From: the human T2T-CHM13v2.0 reference genome, Homo sapiens
Length of the DNA stretch: 64,000 bases
NCBI RefSeq assembly: GCF_009914755.1
Contig: NC_060947.1
Reading direction: 5' to 3' (one strand)
A program made the translations under genes and the position numbers. Shown here one piece after another: positions 27,155-44,495 of this stretch (positions are counted from its first letter, which is position 1; the number at the start of each line of letters is the position of its first letter). The notes beneath the pieces are model-generated. The model saw nothing but the letters and a program-made list of their open reading frames with translations. It ran no database searches and was not told where the DNA came from.

Positions 27155-28012
27155 GAGGCAGAGTAAGATGGCAGAATGGGAAGCTCCATCAATTATCTTC
27201 CCCGCAAGGACAGTAATTTAACAACTATCTACACAGAAAAAAAAAAACATCTTCATAAGAAGCAAAAATCAGGTGAGCTGTCACAGTACCTGGTTTTAAC
27301 TCTGTATTGCTGAAAGAGGCGCTGAAGAGATAGTAAAAGCAGTCTCGAATCGCTAATACTACCCCTCTGCCACTACCCCAGCAGAAGCTGCACAGTGCAG
27401 GGAGCAACTCCACACTGCAGGAGGAAGAGTACAGCAACAGTGAAGCACTGAACTCAGTGCTATTCCGTTATAGCAGAAAGGAGAACTGAACCAAACTCAG
27501 CTGATGCCTGTCCACAGAGGGAGCATTTAAACCAGCCCTAGTCAGAGGGGAATTGTGGATCCTAGTGGTCAAGACTTGATTTCCTGCAAACCTCATCACG
27601 GAGGGCTCCAGCAACCTATGTCTGCAAGTAAACTTGAAAGACAGTCTATGACATAAGGATTGCAACTCTTAGGCAAGTCCCAGGGCTGAATTGAGCCCAG
27701 AGACAGTGGACTGGGTAGCTTGCAACCTACTGAGACACCAGCTGGAGCAGTCAAGGGAATATTGGCATCAGCCCTCCCCTAACCCCAGGCTGCATAGCTG
27801 GCAGTCTTAAAAGAGACCTCTTCTTTCCGCATGAGGAGAGGAGAGGAAAGAATGAGGAGGACTTTGTCTTGTATCTTGGATACCAGCTCAGTCACAGCAG
27901 GAAAGGGCACCAGAGTTGTGAGGTCACTGTTTCAGGCCCTAGTTCCCAGATAACATTTCCAGACATACCTTGAGCCAGAAGGGAACCTGCTGCCTTAAAA
28001 GGAAGGACTCAG

Positions 28013-28349
<337 letters not shown>

Positions 28350-29190
28350 CTAACTGAAAAGCCCTTTGTCCCTAAACAACCAGTAACGATTACCTGGTAC
28401 TACGTCAAGGCCTTGGGTGAGCCTCTGAGACTTTCTGCCTTCAGGTGAGATTCAGCATATGACCAGCTCTGGTGGATACAGTGCAAAACTCCTTCTGCTT
28501 GAGAAAAGCAGATGGAAAAGTAAAGGGAATTTTGTCTTGCACCTTAGTTACCAGCATGGCCACGGGGGGATAGTGCATCAAGCAGTCCCCTGGGATCCCT
28601 GATTTCAGGACTTGACTCTTAGTCAGCATCTCTGGACTTGCCCTGGGTCAGAGGGGAGCCCACTGCCCTGAAGGGTGAGTCTCAGGCCAGGCAGCATTCA
28701 TCACAAGCTGACTGAAGAGCCCGTGGGCCTTAAGAGAACATCAGTGGTAGTCTGGCAGAACTCCCCATGGCCTGGGATGGTGGTAGCTACCAGGAGAGGC
28801 TCCTCTGCCTTTGAAAAGGAGAGGGAAGAGTGGGAAGGACTGCATCTTATGGTTTGAGTGCCAGTTCAGTCACAGTATAATAGAATACCAGGTAGGCTTC
28901 CATGGTTTTTGAATCTAGTCCCTGACTCCCAGATAGCACCTCTGGATTCACCCAGTGCCTGGGGGAAGTCTTCACCCTGCAGGGAAGGACACAGGTCTGG
29001 CTGGCCTTGCCATCTGCTGACTGTAGAACCCTAGGGCCTTAAATGAACATAGGCAGTAGCAAGGGAGTGGTTATTGCAAGCTTTGGGAGAGACCCAGTGC
29101 TGTGCTGGCTACAAGTCTGACCCAGCTCAGTTATAGTGGCAGTGGCCACAAGAATGCTTATTTCGCTCCATCCCCAGCTTCAAGTGATGC

Positions 29191-29195
<5 letters not shown>

Positions 29196-29243
<48 letters not shown>
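29196..29243. repeat. (GA)n microsatellite
   Basis: Direct reading. Confidence 0.95.
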
Positions 29244-29244
<1 letters not shown>

Positions 29245-31100
29245 CTACTTTTGTTTAGGAGAAAGTAAGGGAAGAAAACAAGTGTCTCTGCCTGGTAGCA
29301 CAGAATATTCTCCCAGTTCTTGCCCAAGGTCATCAAGGAGGTACTTTTACTAGTTTTCAGGAACCAAAGTGTTAGTGGGCTTTGGAAGCATCCCAAAACA
29401 GATACAGCTTGGAACACAGCACCCAAGTACTTTTGAATATCTGGAAAGCCTTCCAAAGAAGGATGGGTGCAAACAAGCCCAGACAATGAAGACAACAATA
29501 AATACCAAACTCTTCAATGCCCAGACACTAAATAACATCTATTAGCATCAACAGCACCCAGGAAAACATGACCTCCCCAAATGAACTAAATAAGGAATCA
29601 GGGACCAATCCTGGAGAAACATATCTATATGTGAACTTTAGGACAGAGAATTCAAAATAGTAGCTGTGTTGAGGAAGCCAAAGAAATTTAAGATAACACA
29701 GAGAAGGAATTCAGAATTCTATCAGATAAATTTAACAGACTGAAGTAATTAAAAGGTTTCCAGCATAAATTCTGAAGCTGAGAAATGCAATTGGTATACT
29801 GAAGAACATATCAAAGTCTTTTAATAGCAGAACTGATCAACCAGAAGAAACAATTAGTGAATTTGAGGACAGGGTATTCAAAATTATACAGTAAGAGGAG
29901 ACAAAGGAAAAAAAGAATAAATAACCAAAAAGCACATCCTCAGGATCTAGAAAACAGCCCCAAAAGGGCAAATCTGAGAGTTATTGACTTTAAGGAGGAG
30001 GCAGAGAAAGAGATAGGGGGTAGAAAATTGATTCAAAGGGATAATATCATAGAACTTCTGAAACCAAGAGAAAGGTATTAATATCTAAGCAGAAGAAGGT
30101 TATACAACACCAAGCAGATTTAACTCAAAGAAGACTACCTCAGGCATTTAATAGTCAAACTCCCAAATACAAAGGATGAAGAAAGAATCCTAAAGGCAGC
30201 AAGAGAAAATAAACAGATAACATATTTAATACAGTGGAGCTCCAATAAATCTTGCAGCAGATTTTTCAGTGGAAACCTGACATGCCAGGAGAGATTGACA
30301 TGACATATTCAAAGTACTGAAGGAAAAAAAAACTTTTATCCTAGAATAGCCTATCCAGTAAAAATATCCTTTAAGTATGAAGGAGAAATAAAGATTTTTC
30401 CAGAAAAACAAAAGATGAGTGATTTCAACACCAGACATGTCCCACAAGAAATGCTAAAGGGAGTACTTCAATCAGAAAGAAAAGGATGTTAATGAACAAT
30501 AAGTAATCACCTGAAGGTACATATCTCACTGGTCATAGTAAGTAAACAGAAACACACACAATATTATAACACCATAACTGTGGTGTGTATACTACTCTTG
30601 CTAAATAGAAAGACTAAATGATGAATCAATAAAAAATAATGACTATGACAACTTTTCAAGACATAGACAATACAATAAGATGTAAATAGAGGCAACAATA
30701 AGCTAAAAAGCAAGGGAATGAAGTTAAGGTGTAAAGTTTTTATTAGTTTTTTTAATTGTTTATTTGTTGATGCAAACAACATTAAGCTATTATCAGCTTA
30801 AAGCGATTGGATATTACATAGTATTTGCAAGCCTCATGATAACTTCAAACAAAAAAATACAATGGATACACAAAAAATAAGAAACAAGAAACTTAATTAT
30901 ATCAGAAGAGAAAATCACCTTCACTAAAGGAAGACAGAAAGGAGAGAAAGAAAGAAGAGAACACCAAGAAACAACCAGAAAACAAATAACAAAATGGCAG
31001 GGTGAGTCTTTACTTATCAATAATAACACTGAATATCAATGGACTAAACTCTCCCATCAAAAGACATGGAGTGGCTGAATGAATGAAAAAACAAGAACCA

Positions 31101-34100
31101 GGGGACTTGCTGGCAAGGTGGCTGAATAGGAACAGCTCTTGTCTGCAGTTCCCAGCGAGATTGATGCAGAAGGCAGGTGATTTCTGCATTTCCAACAGAG
31201 GTATCCAGTTCATCTCATTGGGACTGGTTGGACAGTGAATGCAGCCCATGCAGGGTGAGCCAAAGCAGAATGGGGCATTGCCTCACCCGGGAAATGCAAG
31301 GGGTCAGGGGATTTCCCTTTCCTAGCCAAAGGGAGCTGTGAGAGACTGTACCCGGAACAACAGTGCACTCCGGCCCAGATTCTGTGCTTTTCGCATGGTC
31401 TTCACAACTGGCAGATCAGGAGATTCCCTCTGGTGCCTGGCTTGGTGGGTCCCACTCCCATGGAGCAGAGCAAGCTAAGATCCACTGGCTTGAAATTCTC
31501 ACTGTTAGCAGTCTGAAATCCACCTGGGATGCTCAAGCTTGGTGGGGGGAGGAGCGTCCACCATTGCTGAGGCTTGAGTAGACAGTTTTACCCTCACCAT
31601 GTAAACAAAGCCACATGGAAGTTTGAACTGGGCAGAGCCCACCACAGCTCAGCAAGGCTGCTGTGGCCAGGCTGCCTCTCTAGATATTTCCTCTCTTGGC
31701 AGGTCATCTCTGAAAAAAAGGCAGCCGCCCAAGTCAGGGACATATAGATAAAACCCCCTTCTCCTTGGGACAGAGCACTTGGGGGAAGGAACAGCTGTGG
31801 GCACAGCTTCAGGAGACTTAAACGTCCCTGCATGACAGCTCTTAAAAGAGCATCTGATCTCCCAGAACAGTGTTTGAGCTCTGATAAGGGACAGGCTGCC
31901 TCCTCAGGTGGGTCCCTAACCCCCGTGTATCCTGACTGGAAGACATCCCCCAGTAGAGGCCGACAGACATCTATACAGGAGAGCTCTCACTGGCATCTGG
32001 CAGGTGGCCTCCAGGACGAAGCTTCCAGAGGAAGGAACAGGCAGCAATCTTTGCTGTTCTGCAACCTCCACTGGTGATACCCAGGCAAACAGGGTCTGGA
32101 GTGGACCTCCAGCAAACTCCAGCAGACCTGCAGCAGACGAGTCGGACTGTTAGAAGGAAAATTAACAAACAGAAAGGAATAGCATCAACATCAACAAAAA
32201 GGATCTACACACAGAAACCCCATTTGAAAGTCACCAACATCAAAGACCAAAGGTAGATAAATCCACGAAGATGAGGAAAAACCAGCACAAAAAGGTTGAA
32301 AATTTCAAAACGCAGAACACCTCTCCTCCTCCAAAGGCACAACGTTTTGCCAGTAAGAGAACAAAACTGGATGGAGAATGAGTTTGATGAATTGACAGAA
32401 GCAGGCTTCAGAAGGTGGGTAATAACAAACTCCTTTGAGCTAAAGGAGCATGTTCTAACCCAATCCAAGGAAGCTAGGAACCTTGAAAAAAGGTTAGATG
32501 AATTGCTAACTAGAATAACCAGTTTAGAGAAGAACATAAATGACCTGATGGAGCTGAAAAACATAGCACAAGAACTTCTTGAAGCATACAAAAGTATCAA
32601 TTGCCAAATCGATCAAGTGGAAGAAATGATACCAGAGATCAAAGATCAACTCAATGAAATAAAGCAAAAAGACAAGATTAGAGAAAAAAGAGTGAAAAGA
32701 AATGAACACAGCCTCCAAGAAATATGGGACTATATGGAAAGGCCAAATCTACGTTTGATTGGTGCACCTGAAAGTGACGGGGAGAATGGAACCAAGTTGG
32801 AAACACTCTTAAGGATATTATCCGGGAGAACTTCCCCAATCTAGAAAGACAGGTCAACATTCAAATTCAGGAAATACAGCGAACAACACAAACATTTTCC
32901 TCAAGAAGAGCAACCCCAGATACATAATCATCAGATTCACCAAGGTTGAAATGAAGAAAAAAATGTTAATGGCAGCCAGACCTTAGAGAGAAAGGTCAGG
33001 TTACCCACAAGGGGAACCCATCACACTAACAGCAGATCTCTCAGCAGAAACCCTAAAAGCCAGAAGAGAGTGGGGACCAGTATTCAACATTCTTAAAGAA
33101 AAGAATTTTCAACCCAGAATTTCATATCCAGCCACAGTAAGCTTCATAAGTGAAAGAGAAATAAAATCCTTTCAGACAAGCAAATGCTGAGATATTGTCA
33201 CCACCAGGCCTGCCTTACAAAAGCTCTGGAAGGAAGTACTAAACATGGAAAGGAACAACGAGTGCCAGCCACTGCAAAAACATACCAAATTGTAAAGACC
33301 ATCGACGCTATGAAGAAACTGCATCAACTAATTGGCAAAATAACCAGCTAGCATCATAATGACAGGATCAAATTGACACATAACAATATTAACCTTAAAT
33401 GTAAATCAGCTAAATGGGCAAATTAAAAGACACAGGCTGAAGAATTGGTTAAAGAGTCAAGACCCATCTGTGTGCTGTATTCAGGAGACCCATCTCATGT
33501 GCAAAGACAAACATAGGCTCAAAATAAAGGGATGGAGGAATATTTACGAAGCAAATGGAAATTAAAAAAAAGCAGAGGTTGCAATCCTAGTCTCTGATAA
33601 AACAGACTTTAAATCAACAAAGATCAAAACAGACAAAGAGGAGCATTATATAGTGGTAAAGGGATAAATGCAACAAGAAGAGCTAACTATCCTAAATATA
33701 TATGCACCCAAAACAGGAGCACCCAGATTGATAGAGCAAGTTCTCAGAGACCTACAAAGAGACTTAGACTCTCACACAATAGTAGTGAGAGACTTTAACA
33801 CCCCACTGTCAACAATAGACAGATCAATGAGACAGAAATTAACAAGGATATCCAGGATGTGAACTCAGCTCTGGACCAAGTGGACCTAAAAGACATCTAC
33901 AGAACTCTCCACCACAAATCAACAGAATACACATTCTTCTCAGCACCACATCACACTTATTCTAAAATTGACCACATAATTGGAAGTAAAACACTCCTCA
34001 GCAAAGGCAAAAGAATGAAAATCATAACAGTCTCTCAGACCACAGTGAAATCAAATTATAACTCAGGATTGAGAAACTCACTCAAAACTGCACAACTACA

Positions 34101-37100
34101 TGGAAACGGAACAACCAGCTCCTGAATGACTACTGGGTAAATAATGAAATGAGGGCAGAAATAAAGATGTTCTTTAAAACCAAGGGGAACAAAGGCACAA
34201 TGTACCAGAATCTCTGGGACACATTTAAAGCAGTGTGTAGAGGGAAATTTATAGCTCCAAATGCTCACAAGAGAAAGAAAGAAAGATCTAAAATCAACAC
34301 CCTAACATCACAACTAAAAGAACAAAAGAAACAAGAGCAAACACATTCAAAAGCTAGCAGAAGACAAGAAATAACTAACACCAGAGCAGAACTGATGGAG
34401 ATAGAGACATAAAAAACCCTTCAAAAAATCAATGAATCAAGGAGCTAGTTTTTTGAAAAGATCAACAAAATAGATAGACTGCTAGTCAGACTAATAAAGA
34501 AGAAAAGAGAGAAGAATCAAATAGACACAATAAAAAATGATAAAGGGGATATCACCACCGATCCCACAGAAATACAAGCTAACATCAGAGAATACTATAA
34601 ACACCTCTACGCCAATAAGCTAGGAAATCTAGAAGAAATGGATAAGTTCCAGGACACATACACCCTCCCAAGACTAAACCAGGAAGAAGTCAAATCCCTG
34701 AATAGACCAATAACAAGCTCAGAAATTGGGGCAGCAATTCATAGCCTACAAACCAAAAGAAGTCCAGGACCAGACGGACTCACAGCCAAATTCTACTAGA
34801 GGTACAAAGAGGAGCTGGTACCATTCCTTCTGAAACTATTCCAAACAATAGAAAAAAAGGGAATCCTCCCTAACTCATCTTATGAGGTCAGCATCATCCT
34901 GATACCAAAACCTGCAGAGACACAGCAAAATAGAAAATTATAGGACAGTACCCTTAGTGAACATCAATGCAAAAATCCTCAATAAAATACTGGCAAACCA
35001 AATCCAGCAGCATATCAAAAAGCTTATCCACCATGATCAAGTTGGCTTCATCCCTGGGAGGCAAGGATGGCTCAACATAAGCAAATCAATAAACATAATC
35101 CATCACATAAACAGAACCAAAGACAAAAACCACGTGATTATTTAAATTGATACAGAAAAGATATTTAGCTTCATGCCAAAAACGCTCAATATACTAGGTA
35201 TTGATGGAACATTTCTAAAAATAATAAGATCTATTTATGACAAACCCACAGCCAATATCATACTAAGTGGGCAAAAACTAGAAGCATTCCCTTTGAAAAC
35301 CGGCACAAGACAAGGATGCCCTCTCTCACCACTCCTATTCCACATAGTATTGGAAGTTCTGGCTAGGGCAATCAGGCAAGAGAAAGAAATAAAAGATATT
35401 CAATTAGGAAAAAAGGAAGTCAAATTGTCTCTGTTTGCAGATGACAAGATTGTATATTTAGAAAACCCCATCGTCTCAGCCCAAAATCTCCTTAAGCTGA
35501 TAAGCAACTTCAGCAAAGTCTCAGGATACAAAATCGATGTGCAAAAATCACTAGCATTCCTATACACCAATAACAGACAAACACAGAGCCAAATCATGAG
35601 TGAACTCCCATTCACAATTGCTACAAAGAGAATAAAATACCTAGGAATCCAACTTACAGGGGATGTGAAGGACCTGTTCAAAGAGAACTACAAACCACTG
35701 CTCAAGGAAATAAGAGAGGACACAAACAAATGGAAAAACATTCCATGCTCATGGATAGGAAGAATCAATATCATGAAAATGGCCATACTGCCCAAAGTAA
35801 TTTATAGATTCAATGCTATCCCCATCAAGCTACCATTGACTTTCTTCACTGAACTGGAAAAAATTACTTGAACTTTCATATGGAACCAAAAAAGAACCTG
35901 CATAGCCAAGACAATCCTAAGCAAAAAGAACAAAGCTGTGTGCATCACGTTACCTGACTTCAAACTACTACTAGGCAACAGTAACAAAAACAGCATGGTA
36001 CTGGTACCAAAACAGATATATAGACCAATGGAACAGAACAGAGTCCTCAGAAATAACACCACACACCTACAACCATCTGATCTTTGACAAACATGACAAA
36101 AACAAGCAATTGGGAAAGGATTCTTTATTTAATAAATGGTGTTGGGAGAACTGGCTAGCCATATGCAGAAAGCTGAAACTGGATCCCTTCCTTACGCCTT
36201 ATACAGAAATTAATTCAAGATGGATTAAAGGCTTAAATGTAAGACCTAAAACCATAAAAACCCTAGAAGATAACCTAGGCAATACCATTCAGGACATAGG
36301 CATGGGCAAAGACTTCATGACTAAATCACCAAAAGCAATGGCAACAAAAGCCAAAATTGACAAATGGGATCTAATTAAAATAAAGAGGTTCTGCACAGCA
36401 AAAGAAGCTACCATTAGAGCGAACAGGCAGCCTACAGAATGGGAGAAAAATTTTGCAATCTACTCATCTGACAAAGGGCTAATATCTAGAATCTACAAAG
36501 AACTTAAACAAATTTACAAGAAAAAAAAACAATCCCATCAAAAAATGGGCAAAGGATATGAACAGACACTTCTCAAAAGACAAAATTTATGCAGCCAACA
36601 GACATGCAAAAATGCTTATCATCACTGGTCATGAGAGAAATGCAAATCAAAACCACAATGAGATACCATTTCATGCCAGTTAGAATGATGATCATTAAAA
36701 AGTGAGGAAACAACAGATGCTGGAGAGGATGTGGAGAAATAGGAACACTTTTACACTGTTGGTGAGAGTGTAAATTAGTTCAACCGTTGTGGAATCCAGT
36801 GTGGCAATTCCTCAAGGATCTAGAACTAGAAACACCATTTGACCCAGCAATCTCATTACTAGGTATATACCCAAAGGATTATAAATCATTCTATTATAAA
36901 GACACGTGCACTTGTATGTTTACTGTAGCACTGTTGTCAATAGCAAAGACTTGGAACCAACCCAAATGTCCACCAATGGTAGAGTGGATTAAAAAAATGT
37001 GGTGCATATACACCATGGAATTCTATGCAGCCATAAAAAAGGATGAGTTCATGTCCTTTGCAGGGACATGGATGAAGCTGGAAAACATCATTCTCAGCAA

Positions 37101-37360
37101 ACTAACACAAGCACAGAAAACCAAACACTGCATGTTCTCACTCATAAGAGGGAGTTGAACACATGGACACAGGGAGAGGAGCATCACACACTAGGCCCTG
37201 TCAGGGGGTGGGGAGCGCTAGGGAAGGGATAGCATTAGGAGAAATATCTAATGTAGATGATGGTTTGACGGGTGCAGCAAAGCACCATGGCACATGTATA
37301 CCTATGTAACTAATCTACATGTTTTGCACATATACCCCAGAACTTGAAGTATAATAATAA
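31101..37360 (+). mobile_element. Full-length, inactive L1PA7-like element
   Basis: 5'UTR, broken ORF1 (32296..32844) and ORF2 fragments, 3'UTR with A-tail; TSD aaaaaacaagaacca (31086-31100) / aaaatacaagaccca (37361-37375). Confidence 0.93.
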
Positions 37361-38016
37361 AAAATACAAGACCCATTGATCTGTTGCCTGAAAGAAATAC
37401 AATTCACCTATGAAGACACACATAGCGTGAACATAAAGGGATGGAAATATATATTCCATGCCAATGGAAACTGAAAAAGCACAGGAGTAGCTATACTTAC
37501 ATCAGACAGAATAGATTTCAAGACAAAACTATAACAAGAGACAAAGATGGTTACTATATAATCATAAAGTCACCAATTCAGCAAGATGCTTTAACAATGT
37601 TAAACATTTATGCACCCAACCTGGAGCACCTGGATTTATAAAGCAAATATTACTAGGGCTAAAGCAACAGATAGGTCCCCATACAGTCATAGCTGAAGAC
37701 CTCAACACCCCACTCTCAGCATTGTACAGATCTTCCAGACAGAAAATCAAAAAAGAAACATTAGACTTAATCTGCACTATATAGACCAAATGATTCTAAC
37801 AGATATTTACAGAACACTTCATTCATCGGCTGCAGAATACACATTCTTTTCCTCAGCACATAAATGATTCTCAAGAATAGACCATATGTTAGGTCACAAA
37901 ACAAGTTTTAAAACGTTTTCTAAAATTGAAATAATATCAAGCATCCTCTCTGAACACAATGGAATAAAATTAGAAATCCATAACATAAGGAATTTTGGGA
38001 ACTGTAAAAACACATG

Positions 38017-38337
38017 TGCTGGGTGCGGTGGCTCACACCTGTAACCCCAGCACTTTGGGAGGCCGAGGCGGGTGGATCACCTGAGGTCAGGAGTTTGAGA
38101 CCAGCCTAGCCAACATGATGAAACCCCGTCTCTACTAAAAATACAAAAAATTAGCTGGGCATGGTGGCGGACACCTGTAATCTCAGCCACTAGGGAGGCT
38201 GAGGCAGGAGAATCGCTTTGAACCCAGGAGGCGGAGGTTGCAGTGAACTGAGATCGTGCCATTGCACTCCAGCCTGGGCACTGAGAGTGAAACTCTGTCT
38301 TGCAAAACAAAACAAAACAATAACAAAAACAAAAACA
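38017..38337 (+). mobile_element. Alu, AluSq/Sx-like, with (CAAAA)n tail
   Basis: Full dimer; imperfect TSD aaaaacacatg / aaaacaaaatg. Confidence 0.93.
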
Positions 38338-38885
38338 AAACAAAATGAAAATTAAAAATATAAAAGCAGTAATAAATTATTTTGAAATGAAGAAAGCAAA
38401 ACAAAAGATCAATGAAACAGAAAGTTGCTTTTTTGAAAAGTTAAACCAAATTGACGAACCTATGGGCAGACTAACTGAAAAAAAGAGAGAAGATTCAATT
38501 AAATGGGAAATGAAAAAGGAGGCATTACAATTGACACTGTAGAAATTCGAAGGATCATTAGTAGCTACTATGAGCAACTATATGCCAATAAATTGGAAAA
38601 TCTAGAAGAAATGAACAAATTCCTAGACAAATACAACCTACAAAAATTGAACAAGGAAGAAATCCAAACCCTGAACAGAACAACAAGTAACAAAATTGAA
38701 GCCGTAAGAAAAAGTATCCCAGTAAAGAAAAGCTGATGGTTTCAGTGCTGAATTCTATGAAAAATTTAACTAAATACTAACACCAATCCTATTCAAACTA
38801 TTCTGATAAATTGAGGCACAAGGAATACTTCCAACCTCATTCTACAAGGCTATTATTACCCTGATTCCCAAACCAGAAAAAGTCA

Positions 38886-40904
<2,019 letters not shown>

Positions 40905-41005
40905 AAAAAAAGAAAACTATAGGCCAATATCTCTCTTGAATATTGATGCAAAAATCCTCAACGAAATACTTCAAAACTGAGTTCAATAATACACTAAAAA
41001 GATCA

Positions 41006-41371
<366 letters not shown>

Positions 41372-42802
41372 CTCCTTGTTTATATTTGAAAAAAACTAAA
41401 GACTCCAGAATAAAACTATTAGACTGATTAAAAAATTCAGAAAAGTTGCAGGATACAAAATCTACATACAATCTGAAAATGAAGTTTAAAAAAGTAATCC
41501 CATTTATAATAGCCACACATAAAATTAAATACCTAGGAATTAACTTAACCAAAAAAGTGAAAGAGCTCTGTAATGAAAACTATAAAACAAGATGAAATCA
41601 ATTGAAGAGGATACCAAAAAAAAGGAAAAATACCTCATAGAATCAATATTATTAAAATGTCCACACTACCCTAAGCAATCTACAGACTTAATGCAACCCC
41701 TATCAAAATACCAATGGCATTCTTCACAGAAATAGAAAAAAATTCTAAAATTTATAGGGAACCACAGAAGACCCAGGATAGCCGAAATTATCCTAAGCAA
41801 AAAGAACAAAACTGGAGGAATCCTATTACCTCACTTTAAATTCTACAGAGCTTTAGTAATCAAAACAACATGGTACTGGCATAAAAACAGACATATACAC
41901 CAAAGGAATAGAATAGAAAACTCAGAGTTAATCCATACATATACAGTGAACTCATTTTTAAGGTAGCTGCCAAGAATATACACTGGGGAAAAGACAGTCT
42001 CTTCAATATATGGTGCTGGGAAATCTGGATATCAGCATGCAGAATAATGAAACTTGACTCCTATCTCTTGCCATATACAAAAATCAAATCAAAATGGATT
42101 AAAGACTTAAATCTGACCCTTCAAGCTGTGAAACTAATACAAAGAAACACTGGAGAAACTCCCCACGACAACAGACCAGGCAAAAATTTCTTGAGCATTA
42201 TCTCCCACAAGCACAGGCAACCAAAACAAACGTGGACAAATGGGATCACATCAAGTTAAAAAGCTTTTGCACAGCAAAAGAAACAATCAACAAAGTAAAC
42301 AGATAACCCACAGAATTGGAGAAAATATTTGCAAACTACCCATCTGACAAGGGATTCATAACCAGAATATATAAGGAGCTCAGACAACTCTATAGGAAAA
42401 AAAAGTATAATAATCCAATTAAAAATGAGCAAAAGATTAGAATAGACATTTCTCAAAAGGAGACGTACAAATGGCAAACAGGCATATGAAAAGGTGCTCA
42501 ACATCATTGATTATCAGAGAAATTCAAATCAAAACTACAATGAGATATCATTTCACCTCAGTTAAAATGGCTTATATCCAAAAACAACAGCAAATAACAA
42601 ATGCTGGTGAGGATGTAAAGAAAATGGAACCCTTGTACACTGGTGGTGGGAATGTAAATTAGTACAACCACTGTAGGAAACAGTTTGGAAGTTCCTCAAA
42701 TGACTAAAAATAGAGCTACCAAAAATAGAGCTACTAAAAGTATGATCCAGCAATCCCACTGCCGGGTATATGCCTAAAAGAAAGGATATCAGTATATATC
42801 AG

Positions 42803-42840
<38 letters not shown>

Positions 42841-42866
42841 TACACATATATATATATATATATATA
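42803..42866. repeat. (TA)n(CA)n(TA)n compound microsatellite
   Basis: Direct reading. Confidence 0.95.
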
Positions 42867-43829
42867 CTCTTAAAACTTAACCAAAAAACTCCTTACAACC
42901 CATTAGAAAATTAGAAGTAATCAGAGAGTGGCTGATTATATAATATGTAATTAGAGAGTGGCTGATTATATAATATATAAATTATAGATATTATAATTTA
43001 TATAATTATATAATATAATTATAAAATATAAATTAGAGATATTAGAAAATTCTGGCAAGAATGTGGAGAAATGCATCATGGATATGTTGCAGGTGAGAAT
43101 GTAAAATGGCACAGCCACTCAGCAATTGCCCTCTGGGTCATTTTTCCCTGGAGAGTTAAAACTTATGTTCACACATAAAGCTGTACAGGAATGTTCGTAG
43201 CAGCTTTATTCATAATAGCCACAAACAGTAAAAACTCAAATGTCCTTCAATGTGTTAATGGTTAAGCTATGGAACATCTATACCATGGAATACTACACAG
43301 CAATGTAAAGGAATGAACAATTGCTACATCCAATAGCTTGAATGAATTTCCAGGGAATTAAGTCGAGTGAAAAAAACCAACCCCAAATGATCACATATTC
43401 TGTGAATCCTTTTTAAAACATTCTTTAAATAACAAAACTTTAGAAATAAATAACAGATTGCCAGGGATTATGAACAGGGTAGTAATTGGGAAGGAGCTGG
43501 GGGCAGTAGTTAGAAAAACACAACATAATGGATCCTTGTCATAATGGAGTTGGTTTGTATCTAGACTGTGATAGTGTATACATGAACCTATATTTGTGAT
43601 AAAATTTCTTAGAACTTAACACACACACACAAACAAATGAGTGCATAAAAATATGTAGAAATGTGAACAAGGTCAGAGGATTGTCTCTTGTAAATAGCCT
43701 GTTTGTGATATAGTTTTGAAAGTCATTACCACTGGGGGAAACTGGGTAAAGTATATGGTATCACTCTAATATTTCCTACAACTCCATATGAATCCATAGT
43801 TCTCTCAACAAAAATTTCAATTAAAAAAA
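42867..43829 (+). mobile_element. L1MD1/2-like 3' end
   Basis: acacacacaaacaaatgagtgc...ttaccactgggggaaactgggtaaag...ttaaaaaaa. Confidence 0.8.
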
Positions 43830-44204
43830 TGGATGAGTTTGGCTTATGGAATAGAATTTGTCAACCTGTTCTCCAAAATACTCAATGTCATTTTGTTTTC
43901 TAAAAATCAAATGGTCATTGTAGTTATTGGTGTGGCTGGTATCCTCCTGCAATATGTTTGCCTCCAAAGTAGTAATGGGAGCAGACATTGTACTATGTGA
44001 ATGTGATCTAAATCAAGGTAGGCCAAGGTATGGACAGAAGTGAAGCCAGGCTAACACATATTAGCAACAGCTACCATCATGCTGATTCACTTTTTATTTA
44101 ATCAAAATGACTGAGGCCTCAGCCTAAAGTTTAAATCAGAGTTGAAATTCCCAATTCTTGGTCCCTCTGTCTAGAGCTCTACACACCTATGGGTCTTCCA
44201 ACTT

Positions 44205-44495
44205 CAAACTTGAAGTCGTTGGTTAAATATTAGTGTCTCAGTGAGACCTTTCCTGATGACTTATTTGAAAAATAATCTCTGTATTCCCTTTATTTGCTTT
44301 ATTTATCTCCACAGCACTTATCACTTTCAATAAGCAATTTAATTTACTTATTTATTTGGTTCATTTTCTATCTCCTGCTCTAGAAAGTAAGCTCCATAGG
44401 GCAAGGATTTTTGTCTACTTTGCTCACCACTGTATCCCAAGGGCCTATCTCATAGTAAGTTTACAATAATTATCTATTTAATAACTGAATAAATG
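44205..44495 (+). mobile_element. L2 3' end (L2a-like)
   Basis: ctagaaagtaagctccatagggcaagg...caccactgtatcccaagggcct...tgaataaatg. Confidence 0.8.

Noticed and set aside
31101-37360. Possibly active full-length L1
   Set aside because: ORF1 and ORF2 are broken into many short ORFs by stops and frameshifts.
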